IMG/VR virus record: IMGVR_UViG_3300036784_000080 | Span: 1 to 34,374 of that record | DNA: 34,374 nt | Strand: one strand, 5' to 3' | Source: a virus | Lineage: Duplodnaviria > Caudoviricetes | In this document: positions 7,522-17,516 of the stretch, piece by piece | How positions within the stretch are numbered: the first letter of the stretch is position 1 | Layout: every line of letters begins with the position of its first letter | Notes under the pieces: model-generated | Database searches by the model: none | What the model saw: only the letters and a program-made list of their open reading frames with translations | Told to the model about the DNA's origin: nothing | Made by a program: the position numbers and the translations under genes

Positions 7522-9866
7522 TTTGGCGTCTCCACTGGTAGCGTCACGGATTGAACGCCACGTTTTTCATCGGCTGGTACTACTTCTTTGTCCTGTCTGT
7601 CCATTGTGTTCTGCGTTCCAGCCATCATTCGAGCGACTAGCAACGGGGCGGCAAAGCGCGGCGATACGTTGTTTTTGACGGCATAGCTGAAACTCTTCAA
7701 AAACTCGGGATCACTCGCTAATTTGTCACCGATAAAACGAAGGGTTCCCGTCGTCAGTCCACCGACCACGGCTCCTATTCCGCTCCCTGCGGCTGTCCCT
7801 GCTGCTATGGCTCCCGCGCCATGACCCAAACCATAGCCAAGCGTTCCACCGATTCCGCCTCCCATAACTCCCCCGCCTACATAGCGGTGATGGCGGTAGG
7901 CCGCGCCTATCTGTTGCATCAATGTCGCGGTTGCCTTCTCTCGCTGCGCTCCCTCGAAGAGTTGTCCCATGTTTTTAATGTCGTTCATGTGAGCGCGGCC
8001 AATCGTCCGCTCCAAGACTTCGCGGTTGTTCCCCTCGTTGTAGAAGTTCTCTATCTCCTGGTTGAAGTCGTTGCCCGGTTGGAAAATGCGTTTGATAGTT
8101 GATCCCGCATGTTCTAACGGTTGGGCAACCTCGGCGCGGTTGATCCCGTTGAATCGGGATTGGATCATGGTGTTGAGGTTTGACGTAACGATGCCGTCTT
8201 GATAAAGGTCGCGGTGCGTCTCCCATTCCTTCCGTGAAAACTCCGCTTTGTGCTCATCGAACCAGTCCATCATCGCCTGTCGATTCGCGCCCATCTTCGT
8301 CCGTACATCTGCGAGATTGGCGGTAGGGTCGCGATTGAATCTTTGCTCCAGTGATTTTTCATCTTCGCGTAATTCGCTGAACCGTCCTCCACTGGCGGCG
8401 TCTGCCTTCTCCCAGAACGGTGCGGCGGAATCCTTCAACACCTGTCCCCCCTGTCCCAAACTATCGGTATTCTGCACTGCACCTAAAACGTCATGAACGT
8501 CAAAGTGCGGCTGGCTTGCGGCGTAGTCAGTCGGTGCTGTTCTGGCTGCGGCCTGGGTAGCGAAGGCGTTGGCCTGAGTCGCGGCGGCATTGTCGTAGCG
8601 GGATAGCTGCTCGGCAAGGTCATCGCGCTGTGTTACTAGTTGCTGATGCTGTCGCGTCCCCATCTCGTCAACTATCCCGTCGTCATTGAGGACGCGGTTA
8701 TACTGCGCGAGATTCGCTCGTGCCTTACCGATGCTTGTTGCTTGCCCATCGCTGGTGATGATCCACTGCGGAAGCCTGGGTGGAATCTCCGCTGGAGGAG
8801 TAGACGCGGGGGGTGGGGTCTCCGGTGCTCGTGCGGCGTTGGCGCGATTGAGCGAGTTCGCTACTGCTGTCTTCCCCATATTGCCTACGGCTTCGTCAAC
8901 GGCTTGTGTCGCGGGTTCGGCTCCGGCTTCTTTGACAGGCCGGAGCATGGCTTCGCCTGTCCCTTTACTGGTTGGGAATTTGGCTCCCGCGATATCGCGG
9001 CCTACTGGTCGCGCTGCTTCAATGGCTCCTGCGGTCTCATTGGCCGCGCTGCCAACGCCTCCCCCGACGGCTCCAAACGCTGCACCCACCTTCGCGGCGT
9101 GTCCGGCCTGTTCTGGATCGCCTGTTTTCACTCCGGTCTGTACTCCCTGTTCTACGGCTCCACGCGCTCCTCCCTTGATGGCGTCGAGTCCCACCCTCAC
9201 GATCCGCGCAAGCGTCGAATCACTTTCGAGCAACTTAAGTTTTTTCCCCACTTCACCCACTAACTCTGAAGCTGCTGGCAATTCTTCTACACCCTTGGCC
9301 GCTGCGCCTTCTCCCGCCATTCCCATCCCGGCTAGTTCAAGTGCGCTTTGCACAAACTCGCCTTTGCTCTGCTCGGCGTTGTTGGGTTTGGAATGAGACG
9401 AAATCCAATCCGCAACATGCGTGAGGGCCGGAACGTCGCCGGGGTCTCCCCGCGCTGGAATCCTGTTATTGAGTACGTTGATTGCTCCGGCTGTGCTCTG
9501 TCCCGCGCCTTTGATGAATCCCTTGATCTGGTTCCCTGCATTGCTCAGTTGTTGCGGGAGAGAGGGAACCTTGATCGGGTTGCCCTGCGCGTCAACAGGG
9601 CCGCTATAGCTGCTCTGTTGTGCTGGCGGTTTCTGTTGGTTGAGTTTTGCCTGTTGGCGAATCTTGATCTGGTTAAGTAGCGCGTCCTGTTTGTCCGGCG
9701 CGAGTTGTTGCAGAGTGCTCAACTGTTGGTCGTGGGGTAGTCCGATAAATTCATCAATCGGGTCGCCCTGCGGCTGCTGCGGCTGCTGCGTCGGCGGCGG
9801 CGTAGCAGGGGGCGGCTGCGGTGGGGGCGGTGTCGGGGTCGGCGGTTGCGTGAGTGGATCGGGCAT
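7518..9866 (-). CDS. internal virion / DNA ejection protein
   Basis: 782 aa, Ala/Gly-rich and helical with glycine-zipper segments; position typical of podovirus ejection proteins. Confidence 0.65.
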   Translation of the reverse strand: MPDPLTQPPTPTPPPPQPPPATPPPTQQPQQPQGDPIDEFIGLPHDQQLSTLQQLAPDKQDALLNQIKIRQQAKLNQQKPPAQQSSYSGPVDAQGNPIKVPSLPQQLSNAGNQIKGFIKGAGQSTAGAINVLNNRIPARGDPGDVPALTHVADWISSHSKPNNAEQSKGEFVQSALELAGMGMAGEGAAAKGVEELPAASELVGEVGKKLKLLESDSTLARIVRVGLDAIKGGARGAVEQGVQTGVKTGDPEQAGHAAKVGAAFGAVGGGVGSAANETAGAIEAARPVGRDIAGAKFPTSKGTGEAMLRPVKEAGAEPATQAVDEAVGNMGKTAVANSLNRANAARAPETPPPASTPPAEIPPRLPQWIITSDGQATSIGKARANLAQYNRVLNDDGIVDEMGTRQHQQLVTQRDDLAEQLSRYDNAAATQANAFATQAAARTAPTDYAASQPHFDVHDVLGAVQNTDSLGQGGQVLKDSAAPFWEKADAASGGRFSELREDEKSLEQRFNRDPTANLADVRTKMGANRQAMMDWFDEHKAEFSRKEWETHRDLYQDGIVTSNLNTMIQSRFNGINRAEVAQPLEHAGSTIKRIFQPGNDFNQEIENFYNEGNNREVLERTIGRAHMNDIKNMGQLFEGAQREKATATLMQQIGAAYRHHRYVGGGVMGGGIGGTLGYGLGHGAGAIAAGTAAGSGIGAVVGGLTTGTLRFIGDKLASDPEFLKSFSYAVKNNVSPRFAAPLLVARMMAGTQNTMDRQDKEVVPADEKRGVQSVTLPVETPK

Positions 9867-9869
9867 TTT

Positions 9870-11825
9870 CTACTTCCCTGTCAAGGCGTCGTTGAGTCGA
9901 TTTGCGAGGGGGGCTGGCGCGTTTGCGTTGGCATTTGGCGGCGTCACCCCTGCTCTGCTCTGCTGGATTCCATAGCGGCGTTGCAGGAAACGATTGTTGC
10001 GGGTGTAGGAATCCAGTGATCCATGCAACATCATTTTGAGAACACCTGCGGTCGATTGGATATTGCTGAGAGTGGGGTTCTGGCCGAACATATCCTGCGC
10101 GGCTTTGAACTTAAGGTCACTATCCCCTCCTCCTACCATCGGATTGCCTATAAGGGTGGGTAGGCTTCGCTGTACTTCGCCAAGCGCGGTATTGAAGTTT
10201 TTCGCGGCATCGTCTCCGAACTTGCCTTTGATGGCTAGTTCGACCTGATTGAGCGGTGCGTCTGGGCCTAGTCCGGTGGCTCTGCCAAGGTCTACAACCT
10301 GATCCAGATAACCGGGCTGTCCTTCTACTCCAATCATCTTGTCGATCCCGGCGAGTATCCCCTGTTGCTTTGCGTTGTCGAATTGTTTTTTCTCCTGGTC
10401 GATCATGGTTGGGCTGTAGTCCATGCCGTACAACTGTTGCGAGTAGGCTTGCGCTCCTCCTATCCAATCCTGCGGCGAGGGCTGTCCTTTGCCGAAACGC
10501 TTTGGGAGGTCTGCCAGTAACGTGTCTCCGCTGGCTAGTTTTTTCGCCGTGGTGCCGTTGACTGTACCCGGCGCGAAGATGGCTCCCGGCTTGATGAGGT
10601 CGGATACCTGGGTGCTGGCGGGAATCCCCGCACCTGTGCTGATGCTGGTTCGCCCTGCTTCCTTTAGCTTCATCTCGTCGGCTAGCAGGGAATCGTGTAA
10701 CCCCATTAATCGCGCTGCTTCCTTTGGATCGGTCGCGGCGGATGCCATAGACCTAGCTTGGGCTGAGGTCTTGGGAACCCCCGCCTCCGCTGCCTTCTGT
10801 TTCCGCGTCTGGGCGTCGGTGTAGCTGTTGTTGAGTCTGACGAATTGCTCGGCTAGGGCTTGGTTGGCTAGGGATAATTGGCCCTTCTTCCCTGTAGTCA
10901 CTGGTTCTGTGGCAAGTGACGGCTCACCCGTTTTGGGGTCAACATTGATCTTGAGCTTGTAAGCTCCTTTGCCTACTGGTTGCAGGTCGTCGCCGGGGTC
11001 TGTGGCAACGGCATGGAGGGTAACTTTGCCATCTCCATCCACAATCGGGACGGCTTTTAGTTGCAGATTTGTATGCGCGTTCATAAAATCCGCGTTTTGG
11101 GTGGCTACCCTTTTGAGGTCATCGAACCCCCCGATGGTGCCGAAGTCCTTAGCATTGGGGCTGCTGGATATAGCCTCGTTATACCCGTTGAGAATGTCCC
11201 CATCGGCCTTTTTGACGGTGGCTCCAAGTGCCTGACTATTCAGCATCTCGGTATAAAGCCTCTGATGGAGAAGGGCATTGTTGGCCTTCGCCGTCAGTTG
11301 CTTGTTGTTCTCGTCGGCCTGTTGGTTGGCGTTCTGCCGCTGCTGTTGCGGCACCTGCATCCCAAACTCACCCCCCGCGCCTAGGGCTTTTGCCGCTCCT
11401 CCCGGCCCTTGTCCTGCGGCTAGACCCTTGAATGCTCCCCCTATGGCTACGGCGGCAATTTGACCCCATCTTTCCTTATTGGTGTTGGGGAGTTTTTCTG
11501 CGGTCGTCGTTCCATCGGCGGCTTTCGTCACCTTCCACGTCTCGTCTCCGGTGATCGCGGAGGATATCTTACTCAGCTTGTCGCCTAGCCAACTTTCGAC
11601 GTGTTTACCCCAACTTTCGGGGGCTGGCTGTGAGCCTTGCGAGGGGATAAAGTCGTCCTGCGGGGGCTGCGGTGCAAGGGTCGCATCGGTGGTCTGCGGG
11701 TCGGTCTGGGGCGGGGGCGGGGGCGTCCCTGTGTTGGGTGTATTCCCCCCCTGTCCGAGTATCATTCCGGCGAGGGTGCCGGGGTCGGTTCCGCTAGGTG
11801 CTACCGGGCCTGTATCGTCTGCCAT
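9870..11825 (-). CDS. internal virion / DNA ejection protein
   Basis: 651 aa, Q/A/G-rich with coiled coil; follows the small pilot-like gene. Confidence 0.65.
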   Translation of the reverse strand: MADDTGPVAPSGTDPGTLAGMILGQGGNTPNTGTPPPPPQTDPQTTDATLAPQPPQDDFIPSQGSQPAPESWGKHVESWLGDKLSKISSAITGDETWKVTKAADGTTTAEKLPNTNKERWGQIAAVAIGGAFKGLAAGQGPGGAAKALGAGGEFGMQVPQQQRQNANQQADENNKQLTAKANNALLHQRLYTEMLNSQALGATVKKADGDILNGYNEAISSSPNAKDFGTIGGFDDLKRVATQNADFMNAHTNLQLKAVPIVDGDGKVTLHAVATDPGDDLQPVGKGAYKLKINVDPKTGEPSLATEPVTTGKKGQLSLANQALAEQFVRLNNSYTDAQTRKQKAAEAGVPKTSAQARSMASAATDPKEAARLMGLHDSLLADEMKLKEAGRTSISTGAGIPASTQVSDLIKPGAIFAPGTVNGTTAKKLASGDTLLADLPKRFGKGQPSPQDWIGGAQAYSQQLYGMDYSPTMIDQEKKQFDNAKQQGILAGIDKMIGVEGQPGYLDQVVDLGRATGLGPDAPLNQVELAIKGKFGDDAAKNFNTALGEVQRSLPTLIGNPMVGGGDSDLKFKAAQDMFGQNPTLSNIQSTAGVLKMMLHGSLDSYTRNNRFLQRRYGIQQSRAGVTPPNANANAPAPLANRLNDALTGK

Positions 11826-11834
11826 AATGACTCC

Positions 11835-12452
11835 TTAACCCCACTTGTTAATAGCTGCTCCGGTGGCTAGTCCACCCACACTTCCAAGTGCTCCAAAGGC
11901 GGCGTTCCAAGGGCTGTTTGCGGCGGCTGCAACGGCGGCGGCTGAGGTACTTGCCGCGCCTCCCGCGCTGGTCGCTGAACTTGAATAGGAGTTCGGATTT
12001 ATCAGTCCTGCGGTGCTGCCTAAAACGTTCGCGGCGGTGTTCCAGTTTTGATATCCCTGCTGGTAGTTCTGGAGGGTGATCTGGTTCTCCCCTTGAGCGC
12101 GTTGGGCGGCGGCTTGGTTGGCGTTCTGGGCTAACAGATTGGCGTTGACGCTGGACGGCAGAAGGGTATTGCCTCCCCCTCTGGCGGCGAGAATCTGAGC
12201 GGTGGCGCGTTGGGCCTGGGCGTAGTCGGTGGCTACTCCCTCCGTGTTCTGAGTCCGAAGCGCGGTCTCTTCAGACGGGGCAAAGCCTGTCTGCGATGGC
12301 CCTGCCTGGAGGATCGGCATGAACGCGGAGGTCAAGGCTCCCGTAATCGCCTGACTCTGACCAAAGATGGTCGAATACTGAGCGGTGAGGTTGTTGTAGA
12401 ACGCCTGTTGCTCGTCGGTAATATCTTTCTGCTGTTGCGTTGCTCCGCACAT
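11835..12452 (-). CDS. small ejection/pilot protein (T7 gp14 / P22 gp7-like position)
   Basis: Begins MCG, A/Q/N-rich, Gly/Ala hydrophobic C-terminus; follows the GNAT-like gene. Confidence 0.65.
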   Translation of the reverse strand: MCGATQQQKDITDEQQAFYNNLTAQYSTIFGQSQAITGALTSAFMPILQAGPSQTGFAPSEETALRTQNTEGVATDYAQAQRATAQILAARGGGNTLLPSSVNANLLAQNANQAAAQRAQGENQITLQNYQQGYQNWNTAANVLGSTAGLINPNSYSSSATSAGGAASTSAAAVAAAANSPWNAAFGALGSVGGLATGAAINKWG

Positions 12453-12458
12453 AGCACG

Positions 12459-12989
12459 TCACCCCGCTCTTTTACTTGCCTGTGGGGACTGTTCCCACGG
12501 CTCCGTATCGGTCTTGCGGACACCTGCGCTCACGACTGAGGCTAACGGGCGGGTCAGCAACCTCCCCGCGTCTGCGAATCCAAGATGCCTTTTCGCAAAA
12601 ACTTCGAGTTCCGGCCCTTTGGTGTCGAATAAAAGTTCCCTGAAACCGTTGTTGCTTAATATGGGCATGATCCATTCGAGTCCATCAATAAGAGCAAAGC
12701 GGTTTTCGTGCCTCCCGGCAGGGGTTGAATTGTTGGCGAACAAGATACCCATGCGGACGGCGGTTTGCGTCTTGAAGTAGAAGAGGACTCTCCCATCCTT
12801 CTCTAAGGCCCATGCATCCTCCCCCTTCGCCGTCTTCATAAAGTAGTCCGGCGTCATGTTGTCCCGGTGGTATGGATCGGCTTCGATGAGGTCAGCGATA
12901 TACGCTCGATCCATCTCCGTGACTGCCCTGACGGTGTACCCCTTGAAGGTGAAGGATGCCGGGGTCTGATTGGGTATCTCTACGGTCAT
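12459..12989 (-). CDS. GNAT-fold-like virion assembly protein
   Basis: VRAVTEMDRAYI...FAKRHLGF pattern; synteny between nozzle and ejection genes as for T7 gp13. Confidence 0.55.
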   Translation of the reverse strand: MTVEIPNQTPASFTFKGYTVRAVTEMDRAYIADLIEADPYHRDNMTPDYFMKTAKGEDAWALEKDGRVLFYFKTQTAVRMGILFANNSTPAGRHENRFALIDGLEWIMPILSNNGFRELLFDTKGPELEVFAKRHLGFADAGRLLTRPLASVVSAGVRKTDTEPWEQSPQASKRAG

Positions 12990-13225
12990 GCCGTGGCTCC
13001 TTTTCCGGTCGGTAAAATCCTCTGCGACGGCAGGTTTTGTCCGCTGTAAAACTGCCTCTGGAAAGCGTCCCCGGTCGATGCCATAAGGGGCATCGAAGCC
13101 ACCATGAAAGCACTCCTCCCAGGGGAGTCATTCGGGGCGGGAGTCTGCGCCTTCGCGGGGGGTGCCGGGGGTGCCTTTGTCCACCCCTTCATGTTGGGCT
13201 TCGCGGACTGTTTTATCGAGGGCAT
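12986..13225 (-). CDS. small hypothetical protein
   Basis: 79 aa; TAATG and ATGA overlaps with neighbours; AGGAG RBS. Confidence 0.7.
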   Translation of the reverse strand: MPSIKQSAKPNMKGWTKAPPAPPAKAQTPAPNDSPGRSAFMVASMPLMASTGDAFQRQFYSGQNLPSQRILPTGKGATA

Positions 13226-15771
13226 TATTGGCTCCTAAACTCCTGCCAAGTTTGGCCGAAAACGGTGAACGCTAGAAGCTCGTTTGGAGCGTCTTCGGCA
13301 GGCCATGAAATTCTCATCTGGAAGTGTCTGCACCATGCCGTTTTCTGGTTCTGCGCGAAGTGATATCGGTCGCTGAAAAGGGTGTTGCTTGGGGGGAGAT
13401 TAGTGGGGTCTTGACGGGTGCGCGAAAGGCTCTCAAACTTCCCGCTAATCTCCCCCAAAAGGAGGGCGAGTCCGGCGCGTGTTCCGACGCGGACGGACTC
13501 TAGGGTGATGAAGGTTAAAGCGGCTAATTCTCCCGGCAGGGCAAGCATGATATTGCCGAAGTCTGTCTCTACCGGGAAGGGGGTTCCGTTGTCGGTATTC
13601 TTGCTCCCGTCCCGCGCCAAAATGGGGGCTGTTCCTGTCCTGCATCCCATCAATAAACGGTACTGGCCGGGGAGAACTTCGACGCTCTGAATGGCTGCAA
13701 TTCCCGGTATTAAAGCCTGGGTGCTCCAGTTGGTTCCCTGCTCCGGCGCGGAGTTGTTTGCCATGCGATACCATGAGCCGTTTCCGTTGCCAACGTAGAG
13801 CGCGGAGTCGCGGCTGGACTGGCTGTGAAACGTGACATAACTATCGGCTGAGTCGTATGTCGTCTCCAGTAAATCCGCGATGGGATAGCCTACGTCGATG
13901 ATCCCGGCTGAGGGGTCGAGGGAGATAAGCTGGTTGTTCCCCATGAGCATGTAGGCGGTGGTCTTGTTGACGGTGAAACAGTCATAGGATCGGAGCGGAA
14001 GAGACTCGATAAAGACGACCATGTAGAGCGGGTCTGTTGAGGTCGCGCTGCCTAGAATCAGGTACGCATCCCGCACCGTCAACACGACCATTCCAAGCGG
14101 CGTCACCCAGAATCGGGTGATCTTCGACTGGCAGGTAAAGAAGGTATCGAACCCGGCGTTTCCGCTTGATCCGCTGGCTACGGCATCGGGGCCGGACGAT
14201 ATCCAGACGACGTTCCCCACGGCGGCAAAGATGCGGCCAAGGTGATATCCCAGACACGTCGCCCCGGCTGGCAGGGGCGTACCCTCGCCTCCTACCTGCG
14301 CCTGAATCTCGGTGTTCAATCCTGAGTCTGGGATGTTGTCTTTATACGTCCATATCTGCCCTGCGCCGGGGTTCGGGATGGTGTCGAGTAGCAGGAAGGT
14401 TGAGCCTCCCTGTGTGGTGCGGTAGATGGGGATGGTATCCACCTGCGAGTCGCCGGAACCTATCCCCTGGATCACAACTTCATTCCCCTGCAAAACCGTG
14501 ATCGGGATGCTCGGCGGGGACATATTGCTGATATCGAGGGTGGCTGAATTTTCATAGGCGTAGCCATACTGAACGGCGGCGGTTCCAGCAGTAGAAAAAA
14601 TGCCTGTGTTCTTCCATATCGCATTGTTGTCGATGGTGAGTGCGCCTAGCGAAGTCCCGAAGTTAGGCGGGTTGGGGTTCCCTGATCCTGTTTTCCCCAA
14701 CTGCACAATCGTTTGGAAATAGCCTTTATTGTCGGTGATGAGGTTCGCGTGAGTGAGCCAGGTGCCGGGGCCGATAGAGGGCCATGTAAGGATCGGGCCA
14801 AGGTTCTGCCAAACCACTCCTGCATCCGGCACTAACGCGCCAAGCGCGGCTAACCATCCCGGCTCGGTGGTTCCGCTTACTCCAGTCGTCTGCTGTGCCA
14901 CTTGCGCGGCGAAGAGATATGGTTTTCCCCCTGACGCTCCGACAACGAAACCCAGGCGGCCGTAATTTGTGGTCGCCTTCCACGCTGATTGTCCTGCCCA
15001 ATTCCACGTTACTTCTCCATCAATCGTCGTCGCTCCCGCTCCTGTGTTCCATACTGGCGGCTCCCCGCCTTGACTGGTGCTGCCGTCGGGATAGGTTGTG
15101 CTGCCTAGCTTGGGGACGAACATTTGCAGGTTCAGTCCGCTTGGGTCAAGGATTACGATGGCGTTGTCCTGACCTACTTGTATGCTGTAGACCCACGACG
15201 GATGCCATATTTGATAACCGGGGTTCGGCGTGATGACCTGGCTAACGGTCGGCGCGGCGGTCGGGCCGGGGAAGCCCCAATTTGATACCGTTTTGGTTGC
15301 ATAATTCCACTGCTTATTGTCGGTGCCGTTGGTGAAGTAGAGGATGTTTCCGACGCCTAGAAAATAAGTTGAACCTGCTCCGGCTGTTTTGGTGAAGATG
15401 CTGGTTGGCGTGTCGGGCGCGGTCACGTCATAGACGGCGAGATTGGCGTCGGCCATCACGCGGATAAGTTCGCTGGTCGTCGTGAACGTGTTGAAGCTGT
15501 ACCATCGCGTGATCGGCGGCATGGGAGTGGAGTTGTACACGCTGCTGCCGTATCTGCGGATGAGGGTGAGTCGCGAACTTATCTCGCTGTTGAATCCTCC
15601 AAGGATGGAGTCCTGCCGTCCCATCCCATAGTGCTCCTGATAGTCGCTGGTCGCGGCATCGCGCAAGAGACTTCGATTCGTCCATAGCCCGGTAAAAATC
15701 CGGTTGGTGTTGAGGGGTGCGAAGTTGGTTGGCTCCGCTCCGGCTCCGGCCATGACGAGGGCGTTGGGCAT
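13225..15771 (-). CDS. tail nozzle / tail tubular protein B-like with inserted Trp-rich repeats
   Basis: 848 aa, beta-propeller-like (YHLGRIFAAVGNVVWIS); located after the adaptors. Confidence 0.75.
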   Translation of the reverse strand: MPNALVMAGAGAEPTNFAPLNTNRIFTGLWTNRSLLRDAATSDYQEHYGMGRQDSILGGFNSEISSRLTLIRRYGSSVYNSTPMPPITRWYSFNTFTTTSELIRVMADANLAVYDVTAPDTPTSIFTKTAGAGSTYFLGVGNILYFTNGTDNKQWNYATKTVSNWGFPGPTAAPTVSQVITPNPGYQIWHPSWVYSIQVGQDNAIVILDPSGLNLQMFVPKLGSTTYPDGSTSQGGEPPVWNTGAGATTIDGEVTWNWAGQSAWKATTNYGRLGFVVGASGGKPYLFAAQVAQQTTGVSGTTEPGWLAALGALVPDAGVVWQNLGPILTWPSIGPGTWLTHANLITDNKGYFQTIVQLGKTGSGNPNPPNFGTSLGALTIDNNAIWKNTGIFSTAGTAAVQYGYAYENSATLDISNMSPPSIPITVLQGNEVVIQGIGSGDSQVDTIPIYRTTQGGSTFLLLDTIPNPGAGQIWTYKDNIPDSGLNTEIQAQVGGEGTPLPAGATCLGYHLGRIFAAVGNVVWISSGPDAVASGSSGNAGFDTFFTCQSKITRFWVTPLGMVVLTVRDAYLILGSATSTDPLYMVVFIESLPLRSYDCFTVNKTTAYMLMGNNQLISLDPSAGIIDVGYPIADLLETTYDSADSYVTFHSQSSRDSALYVGNGNGSWYRMANNSAPEQGTNWSTQALIPGIAAIQSVEVLPGQYRLLMGCRTGTAPILARDGSKNTDNGTPFPVETDFGNIMLALPGELAALTFITLESVRVGTRAGLALLLGEISGKFESLSRTRQDPTNLPPSNTLFSDRYHFAQNQKTAWCRHFQMRISWPAEDAPNELLAFTVFGQTWQEFRSQ

Positions 15772-16493
15772 CAGGAGTTCCCCCTGGCCTGTGCGCCTTG
15801 CTGTGTGGCGAGTTGTTCGCGGCCCTGCTGGTTGATGACTTCAAGGAAATTCCCCAGAAAAATGTTGCGCTGGAGGGCGGTCAATCCGTCCTGCGCTCCT
15901 AGCAGGTGACTGGTGAACTTACCCAGGAAAATCGGTGCTCTCGCGTCCTTCGTCAGTAGCGAGACGAAGCCCAAAAATCCCCAATCGTAGATGTAACTGA
16001 GGTGATCCGGTATCGGATACCAGGTGCTTGCCGCTGAGGTCATGATCGCGGGTGCGCGTTGAAATACTCCGTCGATGATGTAGGCAACGTCAGGCAGGGA
16101 ATTGAGCCTGAGAGTCACGTAGCCGTCTGATCCCATCGTCTGCATCGCTGCGCTCGAAGGGCGTTTGATCGCGCTCTCTTCGGCTAGGCTCTGCGCGATG
16201 TTGGTTATCTCATTCACCTTGCCGTTTGGATCGGTGAGCCACAACTTTTCGAGGAATCCAAAGTTGGGCAGGAGAATTTCGTAGTCCTGTAGCCATGAAG
16301 TCAAGGTGTCGTCAAGCTCGATCTGGAATCCGTCGCGGTTCCAGGGCCATCGGAACGGTGGCCCCATGATCGTCTGCTTGGTGATATTGGCCGCTGTGAC
16401 GGCGGGTTCCCCATTCGAGATATTGACGGGCTGGTAGTCGATAAACGGCATCGAAAACAGCGCACTCGCTTGTAGGTTCCGCGTCACGCTCAT
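15771..16493 (-). CDS. head-tail adaptor (tubular protein A-like), paralogue 2
   Basis: Motifs AAN...PPFRWPWNR, QDY and PIPD shared with 16495..17502. Confidence 0.7.
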   Translation of the reverse strand: MSVTRNLQASALFSMPFIDYQPVNISNGEPAVTAANITKQTIMGPPFRWPWNRDGFQIELDDTLTSWLQDYEILLPNFGFLEKLWLTDPNGKVNEITNIAQSLAEESAIKRPSSAAMQTMGSDGYVTLRLNSLPDVAYIIDGVFQRAPAIMTSAASTWYPIPDHLSYIYDWGFLGFVSLLTKDARAPIFLGKFTSHLLGAQDGLTALQRNIFLGNFLEVINQQGREQLATQQGAQARGNS

Positions 16494-16494
16494 G

Positions 16495-17502
16495 TTATTG
16501 CCATCCGTAGCGATAGGGATAGGGGCCGGGGTCTACCACGTAGCTTGGAGCCATGATGTTCCGGTCGGGGAAGAAGCCTTTGGATTCGTCTTCGCGGTCG
16601 TTCTGCTTGGTCTGCGCGTCCATCGCGGCAATCCACTCCTGCCGCATCGTGACGTAACGCGCCTTGACGTTGGGGTTGCTGCTGTAGCGGTGGGCATAGG
16701 CTATGCAGCCGTCACGGAACCATTTCGATTGATCGTCTGGAATCGGTTCGATGAACTGCTTCATCTTCGTAAACAGTTGCGCTTTTTTCTGTCCGAAGAG
16801 ACGCATCAACCAGACATTCCCTCCGGCTGGCGGCATCGGTCGGAAACGAAACCCCTGCGCGTTCGGGTCGAGTACCGTCCACTCGCATGTTCCGTCCGTG
16901 ATGATCTGGCCGATGGGCCATGTGGGGGGCTGAGGGCCGGGGCCGCTCCAGGCTGGAGCTACGGGCGGCAGGAGTCCGGTGGTGCCATACTTCGATAGCA
17001 CAAGGATGTTGCCGTTGGCGTCGAGGATATCGGTCGCGGAGTTCTCCGGTGACGTTGTGGCTCCGATTGGCTGGATGTACTTAACCTCTGGCCCCGGCCA
17101 TGCGGCTTGTTCAAGGTCGCAGTTGTTGAACCAACAATACTGATAGGGGAAGCCTCCAAGCTGGTTCTCCATCTGCAAGTCGCGAACGGCGTAGACGGGC
17201 CACGTCGGGGGCGGGTACTGCGAGTTGTTGATATCAATGCGAAGGCCGTTCTCCAGCCAACCAATTCCGGTCACGGATGCGGCATAGTCCTGCTGGTAGG
17301 GGTTGAGCGGGAAGGGCGGGATTTTAATGCGGTTCCACTTCCACGGAAAACGAGTGCCGATTAACTCGCTCATCACATCGTTGCCGATGGTGAGGGCGGG
17401 TTGATCGGCCCATCCTCCGGTCTGGTCGAAGACTGGATTGAGGTCTCCGATTGCGGAGACCCCATCCATCACGTCCTGCAATGTGATCGTACTGTTTCCC
17501 AC
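16495..17502 (-). CDS. head-tail adaptor (tubular protein A-like), paralogue 1
   Basis: Motifs ITLQDVMD, GN...RFPWKWNR, QDY and PIPD; GTG start with AGGTG RBS. Confidence 0.7.
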   Translation of the reverse strand: MGNSTITLQDVMDGVSAIGDLNPVFDQTGGWADQPALTIGNDVMSELIGTRFPWKWNRIKIPPFPLNPYQQDYAASVTGIGWLENGLRIDINNSQYPPPTWPVYAVRDLQMENQLGGFPYQYCWFNNCDLEQAAWPGPEVKYIQPIGATTSPENSATDILDANGNILVLSKYGTTGLLPPVAPAWSGPGPQPPTWPIGQIITDGTCEWTVLDPNAQGFRFRPMPPAGGNVWLMRLFGQKKAQLFTKMKQFIEPIPDDQSKWFRDGCIAYAHRYSSNPNVKARYVTMRQEWIAAMDAQTKQNDREDESKGFFPDRNIMAPSYVVDPGPYPYRYGWQ

Positions 17503-17516
17503 GGCTCACCTACTTT

